Source: Fimbriosthenelais zetlandica
Taxonomy: Eukaryota
Length of the DNA: 64,000 bases
Direction: 5' to 3'
Assembly (NCBI GenBank): GCA_977030845.1
Contig: OZ365113.1
Location: 32,612,001-32,676,000 of the forward strand
The notes under the pieces were generated by a model. That model was not told where the DNA came from, did not search any database, and saw nothing but the letters and a program-made list of their open reading frames with translations. Both the position numbers and the translations under genes were made by a program. Positions 22,400 to 35,273 of the stretch are shown one piece after another. How positions within the stretch are numbered: position 1 is the stretch's first letter; every line of letters begins with the position of its first letter.

Positions 22400-24900
22400 C
22401 ATAGGCTTAGTTTTATCCCGTGCTGTGTCCTAGCCATCTATTGGTTCACATAACCTAAAGCTTTATCTAGTTAAGCCGCCTCTTTTCGGACTGTCTGCTC
22501 AATGACTAGTGTATGCTTTCCTCGGGCTTTTTCCTCATGGGGCACTGATACTATCCTCCGTTTATATTTAGCCCTCCACTCACAAGCAAGAGAGCTATAT
22601 CTCATCCACTTTGTGTCATCCGATAAGATTATCTGTACAGACAAAACTTAGGAATGGCACACCCTTAGCTTGTATCCGATTCCTTTGCTGCTCACCACTG
22701 CATTTCCTGCACTCTTCAGCACTCCCCTTTATAGGGCCTAATGGCCGAGCGGTCTAAACACTGTGTTACTTGCATCTAAGGAGAGGCCCTATTATCCATG
22801 GTCATTTACCATGGCAACATGCTGCTGTTGGACCCCTGGACGCCGGTTCCATTGATTCAGAGAAAGTCGATCCCTGTTCCATTTCATCCCCGCCACATGC
22901 ATGAGATATAAGACCACGCCTAATATCTCTCAGGAAGAGAGGAACTTCCGTTTCAGGTTCGCTCACTCGTGACATGGGTTGTCATTGGGCTCCGCTTGGA
23001 AATGATTGGGAACTGGCAGAGGGAAAAACCTGATGCTTTCCCTTAGCAGATCCATCTTGCTCAAGCACGTTCTTCATCACTTCCTCCAAGCAGACAAAGA
23101 GACTCAGAATCAAACCAAGATTTTAAAAATGTTTAGCCATAAATGCCATTCATTCTGCGAATGCAAGATGGACATTTAATACATCTTCATTGGGTGTGAA
23201 TCTAGGTCATTAGTGGCTTCTGACTCGAAAGTTAAATATCTGATGTTTCACACATGAAGTCCTACTAATAATCATCTCCAGGATATCTTCTTGGGGGTTA
23301 CTTCGTTGTAGGGCAAAAACCTTGACTACAGAGTATCTGCTTAACTTTGTAACAATTTCTGAGTTATTTTAGGTAAGCTAGACTTCATCCGTCATTATTA
23401 ATCACATCGTCTGATGACTTAAAGGCTATGGAGAAGTCTCCTGTCCTTGTGAGGGTCTCGGATGCTAGATGAATGGAAGCCTTGGAAACAATCATTCCGA
23501 TGTTTAAGTTTTGCTTGTCCGAGACAATAAATAAACTTGAATTTCCTTTATCGTACATGAGGAGTTATACAGTCTAAGGAAGGCCGTTGAAGTATAGTAT
23601 AGAAGGTGCCTCTAACAATGATCGGAGACCTGTAAGTCATTGCATCAGTGTCATCGCCTGTCTTGGGCAGCAGTAGCACGTTCGCTAACCCATTAGAGCC
23701 TTTTATGTGATATTCTCCGTGTAACCAATTACTCCCGCCTTTGATGTTCACCATGGTCCTGCTTTTCTTCTCATATCTTAGTCGGCAATATGCTTTTGGT
23801 CATATTAAGGGGGCTCTTCTTGGATTAGCTTGCCTTGACACATCCTCCTACCTATTCTGCTCCCACCTCCTGATTGATAAATCAAGGATCTCGCTGGTCC
23901 ATTCACCTATACGTTTGAGACCGTCATGCTTCTCAAAACAAAAATCATCAAAAGTTCACTCACCCCTCACCCCCGGGCAGACTTGACCTTATACAAATTT
24001 CGTTTTAAGGTCAATTGAAAAGCATTGGGGACAATGTACCTTGCCTTGGAGAAAGGCCGAGAAGAATCTGTGTCTTGGGGATCAGTTCACATCAATCTCC
24101 AGAGAAATTGTCTTGCTTTTTTAGGTCTTGTCTGAATTAAAATTTCCCAAGTTTGGGAAGAAAGGCCATGCAGGCACGTATCCTCCGACGGCAATTATCT
24201 TCTGCCTTAAAGGCAAATTCACTGCATTCACTTTTTCCAAATTTGGGAAAAGTTTGTGTCATATTGGCATAAGACAATTCATTGGTTGTTCCAATTTCAG
24301 GTTGGATGATGAAAATTATTTTCGGAGATGTTTTCCATTCGCGGTAAATTTGTGGATAATTTGTTCTATATTATCACGTAACCTGCAGAAGCGAGTTGTC
24401 AAGAAAACATTTGTGGCTATGTTTTTGCACTGATCGGAAAATCCCTTTATTCTACCAAACTCCTGTTGAACACACCTCAAGTCAACTACCTGCCCTTGTA
24501 TCATGATATTCACCTACTCATATCATTGCCCCATGCATGACGAACGTGACGACCTTCAATGACCGCAACCCACCGCGTGTCTAATCCACCCTGTCCAAGC
24601 CGGACAAGGTCTCGTTAGTCTAAGACACCATCCCCAGGACACTAACTCCCCTTTTTTATCTGGTGTAGGTTTTTTTCCCGGAGTACTAGGTGGCTGAGAA
24701 AAGCTCAGTAACCAGGCGTGGTAGACTTTCTAAATCCCCCCGATCAAAGAGCACCTCTCGTCATCAGAGGAAAGCCAGGCTTTACCCTGCTCATTGTGAG
24801 CTACTCAGGCGAGCTGATATGAGTAGCTAAAGCTGCAGGCACAAGTCATGCCACACGAAGCAATTCATAATTGGCTTTCCACCGAGCCATCTTATGGCAA
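22400..24900 (-). mobile_element. Decayed RTE-like non-LTR retrotransposon (endonuclease and RT remnants)
   Basis: Minus-strand fragments in the correct order: IATNVF and NIEQII (endonuclease) at ~24.3-24.45 kb; VLLLPKTGDDTDAMTYRSPI (LIPKxGDxxxxxNYRPI) at ~23.63-23.68 kb; PQEDIL (PQGxxLSP-like) at ~23.28 kb; LAFAE (FADD-like) at ~23.16 kb. Many stops and frameshifts. Confidence 0.55.
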
Positions 24901-25549
24901 CCCTTTCCGACTGACCTTTTGTATGTGAAGCTCTAAGGATGCTGGACTGATATGTGTGTCAGCCTTTTTACTGTCAGATGGCTTCTCTTTTGTTGATATA
25001 TGATTCTCTAGGATTAGCATGTGCAGATACTGCCAAAAGAGATTGCAAATGTTTTCCTGGAAAATTATGCTTCGAAATCCACCAAAAATATCCTATTGAT
25101 TATAAAGAATTTATAACAATTCGGCTTTGTCGCCATCCATGGATTTCGAATTTTTTTTTGCTGCGAAGACCTATCACTGATTCCCTAAATGTCTCTGAGA
25201 AAAATTGACAGGTCCCTATTTCGGAATCTAAACAGACTTGACAGTTAGAGAAACAGGACATCATGGATCTTCTCAAGTCAAGCCGTGTTTTTGATATCAT
25301 TTCAGATGGATTTCTGTTTGGCATAAATGCCAGGGACAGCTTATACTTAGACAACCAGAAATGATATTTATGCTTTTCTTAGAGTCCGGGAGTTGACCTA
25401 AGAAAGACAACGATAAGGCAATCCCATCAATGGCCTTCTCCAAGGAGAGACTTCTCAAGCTATCACTGTTTGAACTTATCAGTGACAACCAAAACTCTAA
25501 CAGCAATATACTCACTATTCTTGCTTCTAAAGAACGTCAACTGTCCCCT

Positions 25550-25850
25550 ACATACACTATGAACTCGTGCTATATTCCTGTGCAGCAATAAATTAGATTT
25601 ACACGCGATCAACCCGAGAAAAATCTCCATTCATGTTCATGTCCTTGTTGACCATGCCAACCCAATCTGGCAGGCCTATGATTGAATCTCCCGCCTCGAT
25701 AGGACTTTTTATCCACGGACCACATAGTTAAGTGCTCCCTCGCAAAAAAAGATCCTGAATATTGTGATAAATCAGGTTTTGAGCAGTACTGAGCCACTCT
25801 CGTTATGGAGGGTCATGCGAGCAGTTCCATATCCTAAGTTTCACTAAAAG
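25550..25850 (+). mobile_element. Decayed L1/Tx1-like endonuclease fragment
   Basis: LVDHANPIWQAYD*ISRLDRTFY resembles the LxDxWRxxNP...SRIDYIF end of APE domains. Confidence 0.3.
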
Positions 25851-26204
25851 AATTGATTACAGCCAATCATAAAAGACTAATCTTGCTCATTTACTTTGGC
25901 TTTTGCTCCTGAAATCTATAGGGAAGCATTCTCACGAACCTTTTTTTTTTCCTCCTCCAAGAAGCTTTCCCCTCAGGGTAGTCATGAAAATTTAATGAAT
26001 GTTGCACCTAGGCTGGACTCGTCTATATTTAGCCATTTAGGTGTAAAGGCAGACATTTACTGTCTGGGACAATTATTTATTATCTGACTGGTGAAATAGT
26101 TGATGTTAATCTGTCACTGTGACCATTGTTAATTCATTACTTAAAACATTATGTCAATATTTCCATAAATGTTCATAATCTATAAAGAAACTAACCATGC
26201 ACTT

Positions 26205-26360
26205 GAAGTGACCTGCAATATTATGCAATTCCAAAACATGAAAGAAGTGACCTGCAATATTATGCAATTCCAAAACATGAAAGAAGTGACCTGCAATATT
26301 ATGCAATTCCCAAACATGAAAGAAGTGACCTGCAATATTATGCAATTCCAAAACATGAAA
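26205..26360. repeat. Minisatellite, 4 x 39 bp (GAAGTGACCTGCAATATTATGCAATTCCAAAACATGAAA)
   Basis: Units start at 26205, 26244, 26283 and 26322. One substitution in copy 3. Explains the three overlapping repetitive ORFs in the track. Confidence 0.97.
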
Positions 26361-27818
26361 TTAGCTCCTCCTATAATATAAGCCCCATGAAATGAAACAA
26401 AAAATGTAAATGATATGTTGTATATAAAAGTCGGTATTCCATAAAATAGACCTAGCTTTAGGGACAATTGAACGGAAACACTGCCCCCCACCTCCCACCA
26501 AGATGTTTACAAGGTGGCCTATTCATCAATCAATGGCATTTTGTTTTATGTATTAAATCTGTCAGTGAAATTGTCTCTGTCAAGGGTGACTACCATAAGG
26601 CGGATGTTGGAATTCGCTGGGCGAGATGAAGACTGACAGACGTGAACAATATTTCAGACTGGACATGTCCAAGTGGCCTCAGGGGAAATGGAAACATTGT
26701 CAGACCTGGGGAACCTTGCAGACCTTTTGGGACTCCTTCAGAGCCCTTCAGAAGCTATTTATGCCAATACAGCCTTGAGATACACACTTGGTCCGATCTG
26801 AACAGAGCCCAGTGTATTGTATTTCATATTTGCCTAACGCCTAATACACTTGAATGTAGGACATCTAGGTTTTCCTTGTTGATATAATTCGTTTATGGCA
26901 TTTCCAGTCAACCAAACGTTTAGCTGTCCAATTCGGTAAGACGATGTGACCCGGTCAATTGATTCTATAATAGTCTGTATGAATTATATACATGAATTAG
27001 CCCTAAATCTTTTTCTTTGATGCCTATAGGCTTTTTCACATAACCTGGATGATACAGAATCATTCTGGATATGAATTAACTGTGAATTTGTGACAATTTC
27101 TCAGTGATATGACATTAAAACATAATATATTCTGATGGCATATAAATATAGGCCTGAATGAGATCATTGCCTGGTAGGTTTATAGTCTGGGCACTGGTCA
27201 AGACCTTGCCCTGCATTTCCATACATTATCCTATGGTTAAGCACCCACTTCTTACATTGCACTACAATCTAGGACCCCGGCAGGGCTATATATATATGCT
27301 TAGGCCTCAAGCCAATCAGCATCCCTCTTCAGTATATATAGGGGGCATCCTCTGCACATTATCAATGTGAAGTCAGTCGGGTGGCCAATCTTGTGTGATT
27401 ACATCCAAGTGGAGCCTAATAATAGTAATGGAGGGAGACGAGCCAAAACTAAGCTGGAGGATCGCCTGAGAGGGCACCAGCATGGCGATGTCTTATGTCA
27501 GGAAGCAGTGTTTACTTCCGGGCAGGTGCTCGCTCGGCGTGAAGATAAAGAGGAAAAAACGCAGGCGCGACCCAAGTGTATCAAAACACCACTAGCTTGT
27601 TGATGGCTTGGCTTGCACGCTGGCTCTGGGTCCAGCAGTGAAGAACTTAGTTAGACCCATCGTTTCTTATTTGCCCCTTCTCTTTTCGTCACTTCAAAAT
27701 CTTTATTTGTCTATCTATTGTCTCTGGGTAGTTGGTTTATGTACAGGGTGTTTCTTAATAATTTGCAGTGGATTTATATTGTTACCCAATGACCAGTTTC
27801 TGGAAGGATGTCAAATAG

Positions 27819-27961
27819 CAGGGGCGGATCCAGGATTTTTCCAAATGCGTGGGGGGGGGGGGGGGGGTTAGGGTTAGCGTTTGCCCTAGCCCTAGGGTTA
27901 GGTTTAGGGTTAACCCTAGGCTTAAAACCTAGGGTTAGGGTTAGAGTTAAGTTAACCCTAA
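27819..27961. repeat. Interstitial telomere-like patch (TTAGGG/CCCTAA mixed) behind a CAGGGGCGGATCCAGG repeat-end motif and a 17-G run
   Basis: CAGGGGCGGATCCAGGATTTTT at 27819-27840. G run at 27851-27867. Perfect TTAGGG at 27868, 27904 and 27935; CCCTAA at 27956; degenerate copies in between. Confidence 0.85.
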
Positions 27962-30900
27962 AAAAAATACCTGAGAAATATGTGCAGTGTGCAGAAGGGA
28001 AAGGGCTTAATATTAGCAATGGATTAAATAAGACCCTGAAGCTGAAATTGTGGAACACTTTGATGTATTAATGTTTTTCGAAGGCAGAAAACCTTCCCAC
28101 TTTCTCTTGGTGGACGAGCTGAGAAACACTACCGTGTTACCCATTGGCCCCAGGTGTGTATGAATTAACTCAGTTTTTACCTCCTAACAGCTTTAATTAG
28201 CACGGGGTCCTGGTATAGGATTGCCGGTGGTGGCCCACCTCTGAGCCAGCAGTCAGCGATTGAGCTGACATGGACACACCTGTGTCTCCCAGACTCCCCG
28301 GGATTATAGTAAAGGGATAGTTCCTCAGCTTGGGATGCTTCAGAGACTCCAATCCTATGTAAACCCAGAACACAAATTACTAGCCTTGTTGAAGTTAAAT
28401 ATTATTATACCGATTTTCAAGCTCATGATGGACACCTCATATCGCCAGCACGACCAATGAACAAATCTCTTCTCCGGATTTTAGTTGGAGTCTGTCCCAC
28501 TACAGTATTTCCCAATGGTGTTTGAAGCGATATACTTTCAGGACAGAAAAAAACCCATAAATTTATGAATGTCGGGGTGGGAGCAGGAAATAAGGTCGCG
28601 GGCGATACCTGAGCAAGCCGAGATTTTTTTTGGCCTTTAATGGAGTCCCAGGCGGGGAAGCATTAATCTCATCATTGACCATTAATCTAGTCACTGACCT
28701 TTAATGCCATCTTACCCTGGGATGTGCTACTTTTTTGCTTCATCCATCTTTCATCTGCCTCTGCTTTGTATCTTATTTTTGTTCGTCTCTCCATTTACTG
28801 TGATTATTACATTGTCCTTACCCCGTCTGTTTCCGCTCTCCCCTTTGCCTTCGCTTTAGGTTACGACACTATAATTTGCAGTTCTCTCTCTCCGCTGGCT
28901 TTTCTCAGCATTGACCCATGTGTCTCTTGGGTGGATATTCAGAACACAGGTGAATTTTTGGACATTCTAATGAATATTCCTCATACATCTGTGAAATTTA
29001 GGTTGCATATATGGGTTGTCTAAAAATATACATGCAATATAAATACCATGCAAGGAGAGTTCCTGAATAATAATCCCACCTTTTTATAGAGGGACAGGTG
29101 GCTAAGTTAAAAGACTGAGTAGCGAGACCTTTTGACACTGAAAGGATTTATCAAGCGTCAGTCTATCGTGGTTATAGCCAGCGCTCGCCAAATGGACATG
29201 GGCCTCTTTTATTCAGGACCCTTCCCACCATTTTTATTCCCGCAGGCCACAGGTTGTATTGAAGGTGCTTATAGCATCCAGTCTCCCTTTCCCTTTCCCT
29301 CCTCCGATTGCTCTATCATCCTTCTTACTTTTGCTTCCTCGTTTCCGACAATAGCCATATCCTCTATGTAAAACAGTTCAAATGATAATGTATATGCATA
29401 AAATCACACATCTATACTAGAGGTATATAGCTACCAGTGGTACTACAGTGAAGGATATATACTCCCAAGTAACGTGCTGCCACCTACGGTGACGTTGGGA
29501 GACATGCTTTCACTCGGACAGTTTGTAAGGCTTTTAAGTGATTGAAACAGCCTAAAACCAAAGGCACCGCGTTATGTTTTTAAATCTTCACATTTTAAAA
29601 ATTGAATTTTTTAATCTATTACCTGATTAGTCATCAGTTGCCGACAACCATATCGAAAACATTTGTGATATTAGCTGTCATCATACAGCTCCCCTCAGGG
29701 CTGACATTTTTTTAAATACTGAAGTTCAAGGGAGGGAGAACTGTCCGCTTACTTATTAACCTGCACATCTTGAATTCCACTAATGGCTCTTTACATGCCT
29801 ATCATTTAAGAAAGTGAATGCTTCGAAGTCTATGTTTCATCAATTTATTCGTATAAGACAGTGACCAATTTAGATGGTGCTTCGGGAATTAAATGAGAGA
29901 CCTCCCACTGAACTCCATCTTACCACCTATATTTAAAAATGCCACTCTACTACAGTCTGTGGAGGAATGTAAAAAAAAAGATATATCTTTGGATGGAATG
30001 ATTTGCCTGGTCAACGTAACCAGCAGGAATGTATGCAAGTGGTGACTTATCACAGGCTAACAGATGGGTGGATCGCGTTACTCCGCCACTGGCTTTATTC
30101 CTCAAGCCAAGATAAAAATTACACCAAACGCAGATTACTTATCTCAGCTTTACTCTCCACATCTAAAACTTTAGTTCTTTCAACGATGAAACTTAACTAG
30201 AATGGCCAATAATTATTTTTATAGTAAGAAAATACTTCGTATTTCATTCTTGCATGCACATTTATTGATGACCCAAACCAATACTTTTTCCCGTTTGGGC
30301 ATGCATAGGTCTGCATACTTTTGTTTTATGATCAAATTAAGCATTTTCATACATAAAAACTGGATTAAGAACTTGAAGTATGCATTTATGGCATGGGAAG
30401 TTTGAATTCTTGGTTAATGATCATGTGAGGGTTTATTGATTCCATCCATATATCGACGGACGTGTTTGAGGTGTTTATTTGTTGTCCTGGGAAGTCTGAT
30501 CGGCAACATAAACACCAGCACTATCGTTAATATGGATGTAGCCCCCGTGATATGCATTATAAGTCAATCATTAGGTGGGATATGGGGCATCATATCAATA
30601 TACAGAAAGCCCATAGGCAATGCTCTACCTGAACTTTGCTCTTTGCTCTATTTAGAGTCCTTGGTGCATTGTCTAGACGTAAAGAGAAAAATGGCGTATT
30701 CTATAATGTACATACATACAAAGATGAATTCTACAGTGGCAAGCCTTCATGCATATATTGCTTAATTTTTAGTCGTATATATACATTACAATATTTTTGC
30801 TCTACCTGATGAACAATTAGCTAATTGTACATTGACCTTCAACTTTATTTTGAATCTTTGGATGACGGGACAGTACATTACTTTATCAGCCACCTGCTGA

Positions 30901-31341
30901 ATGTTAACTTTTGCTCACATTCTCACATTTTTTGACTGATTATTATGATTTTTAAGTAGTTATCTTACATCTTGGAATGATGGTAGTAGATCTGACATTT
31001 CACTCAAATTCATTTCAAAGACAGCTGTTCCTGCAGTGAATGGACTGGGCTGGGTTACTTGAGCTTCATTATGGAACTGTCAGCAGATTATTAACACCAA
31101 TCTGAATGTCACTATCATCAGTAGTTAGAAGGCGTGGGAGTTTATAGTCTTTACTTTTCGATACATCAGCGTGGGAAAGGTGACTCTTCCTCCTCTATGA
31201 CTCAAATTGTCTCTTCAGCAAGACTCTTCAGCGCTTCTGTTAAAGGATCCCCGAGGCAGATAGGTTGTATCGAATCAATTCCCAAGAGCTTTTTAAATTG
31301 CCATTATAGGAGAATATATGAGGTGTAAGGAGGTAGCTCTT

Positions 31342-31405
31342 ATACATGTGATTGTGGGATACAAGTTATAGCAATACATGTGATTGTGGGATACAAGTTA
31401 TAGCA
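31342..31405. repeat. Perfect 32-bp tandem duplication
   Basis: ATACATGTGATTGTGGGATACAAGTTATAGCA x2. Confidence 0.92.
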
Positions 31406-34400
31406 TGGCTTTTTGAAGGTGCTTCCTTCTGCTTGGTGGTTTCCTATTTAAACAAGGGTATATATATATATTGTGCATGAGCAGGCTGGCATGTTTGATC
31501 AACCCTTAATCTGAAATATTGGCCAATGAATGTGTCTAATCTACACGTTGATGAACGGCTTTCACAACCATAAACTGAAGCCTGGATGATTCTGTTAGTC
31601 AATACGACAGGCCACACCAGCTTAATTACCTAGACTACGGAGTCTGATTAATATGTACATTAATATCTCGCTCTCACTCTGCCCGGAATTGCTCTTACCA
31701 CCTGCAATTACAAGGCTTTGTGCAACGTGGAGGATATTAAGATGAGTGGCCGTGAGTGGAGTTTATGATGATTTCCACATTGGCTTTTTGTGTCAATAAA
31801 GGTCCTGGCTGCAGGCTGTCTCTCTTCTTACTGCTGTAGGATTACGGCTTCAACTCTGATCACACAGAAGATTAGATTATACATGTTCCATATGCCAAGC
31901 AGTATTTATCTACTATTTTCTTTTTACCATTTTTAAGTCATTTCCAATGGGAGCAATTGATGCTTAAACTATCTGAATTAAACTGGAAATAAGCATTATA
32001 ATATATGAAGACCTAGTTGGGAACTCGTACATATATATATAATATATATATGTGTACAGTTCTTCGCAAACCTGTTACAAAACAGAGTGAGACTCAGACT
32101 AGATTAAAATGCAATTTTGCAGCAGGTCTAGACTTTCATGTATAATTAGGACGGCTGCTCCACTGCACGCTCCCTTAAAATATGGCGATTTACCGGCACA
32201 ATTTGGCTTCCAATTTAATGCATGCTTTCTCAAAAGCAAGACATACATGTTCATTGTTGCCATGCATAAAGGCATAATGAAGCAAGATGAAGTGTAATAT
32301 TTATACCACTCTTCAGCATTCCCCATATAATCACCCAATATAGGAAGGACAAATACCGTGCATAGCATTCACTCATAGGATAAATATCATATATACAGAT
32401 GCCTCATCAAGGCCACTTTAGATGGCTTAATACCAACATGTCGCCCCATAAACATTGGACGTAAGGCTGGATTCACTTCTTACCTTGTCAACTCGGACCT
32501 GTGGATGAAGACATGGGATACACATTCCCTCGTCAGGGGGAGATTTTCCCCAGCTCCTCAGCCACTGACAAGAAATAGACAAGGGGATCACCTATGAAGT
32601 CGATTCCTTAGCAACGCTAGGCCTGCCAGCCTCAGGCTCTGAGATGTAAATGCTTTGATGGCATCAACATGTGGCTTGTATGGTGTATGCGTAGTCCCTC
32701 TGAGCCTTGATGTGCTGCCTTGATTTATTTCAGTTAACTGGAAGCAAACGACTGAATGTGATTTTTATGGCCACTCTTATCCGGGAAGAATTTTATTAAA
32801 GTGGGCATATGGTCAGATGACAATCTCAGGTGATTGTCACTTGTGATTCTTTGGCCTATTATTTCAAACGTATATTTGTTTGTATATATATCGTTTGGCC
32901 CAACGATGACCTGGGGACATCATTATTTCGTTATCATTTGATTTAAGCCTTGACTTCTGGCTTTAAACATTACATAAGGCATGTCCTGTGAATATCAGCT
33001 AGGTTTGTCTGGCATAAAGCAATCCAGCCAGGCAAAAGGCCATGGCCTCCATTCACCGACAAGTGGAGCAAACAGCACATGTACATTCTTGTGAAGTCTC
33101 CATAGTTCACAGAGCATAGCATGATGGATTGTATGGGGATGATATCTACGCTCCTGGAATAGCTCTCATGTATTGTTGTGTACATATCATAATGGTAATC
33201 TGGATATATTGTATTAGCGCTGGATGGAATTGACCTCGCTCTGGGGGGAAGTCCCCTTCAGTGCAAGCTTTGTTGATGATATAATACTGAAAAAAACTGG
33301 GCATATTTTGTTAAAAGCTGAATCAATAAGGTGATAAATGTATCACTGACGTTCATGTAGGCAAATGGTGTAGGATGTTTCATATTCCTCCGTCAAAAAT
33401 GGAATGGGTCGACGTCAAGTTTTGGCTCTTGACTAACATATACATTTCTATCATATGTAGGGCCTACTGTTATAGTGCATTCTCTAAGCCATAATGCGTT
33501 GGAGCAGTATGCATATTTCATGTTCCCCATACAGCAATAAATGAGTAAATCATTCAATATTTCATCAGAAAAAAGCCGGAGATGTGAATCGGGAAATCCA
33601 TTCTGGATCCCAGCGGGCAGTGGAAAACACAGAGTTGAAGGCAGGAGGACTATAGTATCGACCTTGTAAAGATCTAGTGGATACTGCCTTTTAGGATTAA
33701 TCGAACAAATACTCTGGGGCCTCAGTGGCTACGATAACCATCCCCTCTGTCCACTCAGTCCCATTCACAAGAGTTCATTTCTATGCAAGGGTTACATACC
33801 ACCAGCTCTCCGACTTCCTCCCCAATGGTGTTGCTGAGCTCTATAGGGCGCTGGAGGCTGGATTGGAATGAGATCAAATGTGATATGATATGGGCATTGG
33901 TGCCGATGCTACCCCCTGGTCTCTACATTGAAGCAATGTGCCTGTTCTGAATAGAAATTATTGCAGGAAGTCTGTATTATCAGACCCACCCACCCATCTA
34001 CTATCTCGTTTCAAAAAAAGGGCAGCAGGGAGGCCTTCCATTATTTCAGTGAACTGGGTTTAGTTTGGTTAGAGCTCAGCGGAGGAAATTCATTTGTCTC
34101 TCTAAGAATGGAGTGAATTGAATTCCGAGCCTTGTAAATAGGTGAAGGATTTACGGGGCAAAATGAGAAGTCCTCTGAATAGGATTCTCAAAGCGATCCT
34201 CGGTGCCTGAGCTATTTTTATGAAATGGCTGCGATTTGAAAATGAGATATTAGCAATATTCCCTAATAAATCAAAAGACCCTTTACTATTTCAATGAATT
34301 CAGCTTATCCCTTCACTCTCACAGTGGCTTTTGAAATGTTGATTGGATTGTCAGGCAGGATTGTGATGGAATTAACATTACCTAAAAGCCAATAATAGAT

Positions 34401-34899
34401 CAGTCTTGGAATACCGACATGGAAAGGTGTCTTTGCCTTACCAAACACATTCTGAACCACTAAGGGAACCATTTTGCTTCATGAAATCAGTTTATTAGCA
34501 ATATCCTATCATTAGATGGCAAGATATATGGAATTTGTCCTATGGCTCTAATGATATGACAGTTGAAATCAGTTCTGCAGACAGGATTGTCATCAGCATT
34601 ATGGCTGGATGCATTGAGGTACTTGACCACTGTTCTGAATGTCTCCACCCAAATGTCAGCGCACTGATTGTCATCAAATCCCTGTGCCAATCTCCCTCTC
34701 CAAAGGGCCTCACCTGACCATGAATATTATCAGTATGAACACTGAACAATATAAAAAAAAATGCCGCACTCCTCCCAGAACAATATATTAGAGCGCGGAG
34801 AGTGAAAGCCTTGCAGACATCTGTATTTCTAGTTTGGTCATCCTTCCTCTAGCAATGTGATGCCCTGTGCATGCCCCTGAGGATTCCATCATCACGGGA

Positions 34900-35273
34900 G
34901 TCTGATGCCAATTAGGTCCATTTGTGCCATGGAGTACACCTTTCTGTCTGTGTTGACATATTTCCTGGGCTCTTCATCAGCTCTATGGTCGCACCCATTA
35001 TGTTGCTGGCCTCAGCGCGTGAGCCCCTTGCAAAGCAGTAGGGCCAGAGGGGGCACGCTCTACAGAGAAGCCTGCATTTATCAGAAGGCATTCCGTTGAA
35101 GATCGGCAAGGCTCTGAGTTGATTAAAGCGATTGATGACAAAATTTCACCAATGAAAGTGGCGCCGGAATCTTTGGCACCGTTTCCTAGCACTTCCGGCC
35201 GTTCTCCTGGCTGAGCGACCCGATGCATTGAGTGAAAGGAACCTCCACGTGGCAAATTTGTCAGATATCTCAA
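34900..35273 (-). mobile_element. Possible decayed APE endonuclease fragment (I/Nimb-like LINE)
   Basis: GGSFHSMH...IALINSEPCRSS resembles GDFNAHH...LxLLNxGxPT. Weak similarity only. Confidence 0.22.

Noticed and set aside
22735-22770. TGGCCGAGCGGTCTAA, resembling the D-arm/A box of tRNA-Leu or tRNA-Ser
   Set aside because: No B box, T arm or acceptor stem follows. At most a SINE relic, not a tRNA gene.
26154-26491. Three overlapping repetitive ORFs
   Set aside because: By-product of the stop-free 39-bp minisatellite.
27774-28071. ORFs with LTLTL, NPNP and GLGLG repeats
   Set aside because: These are translations of the telomere-like hexamers and the G run.
32540-32700. AFTSQSLRLAG on the minus strand, like a tyrosine-recombinase HSxR box
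   Set aside because: A single degenerate motif with no supporting RT or RNase H nearby.
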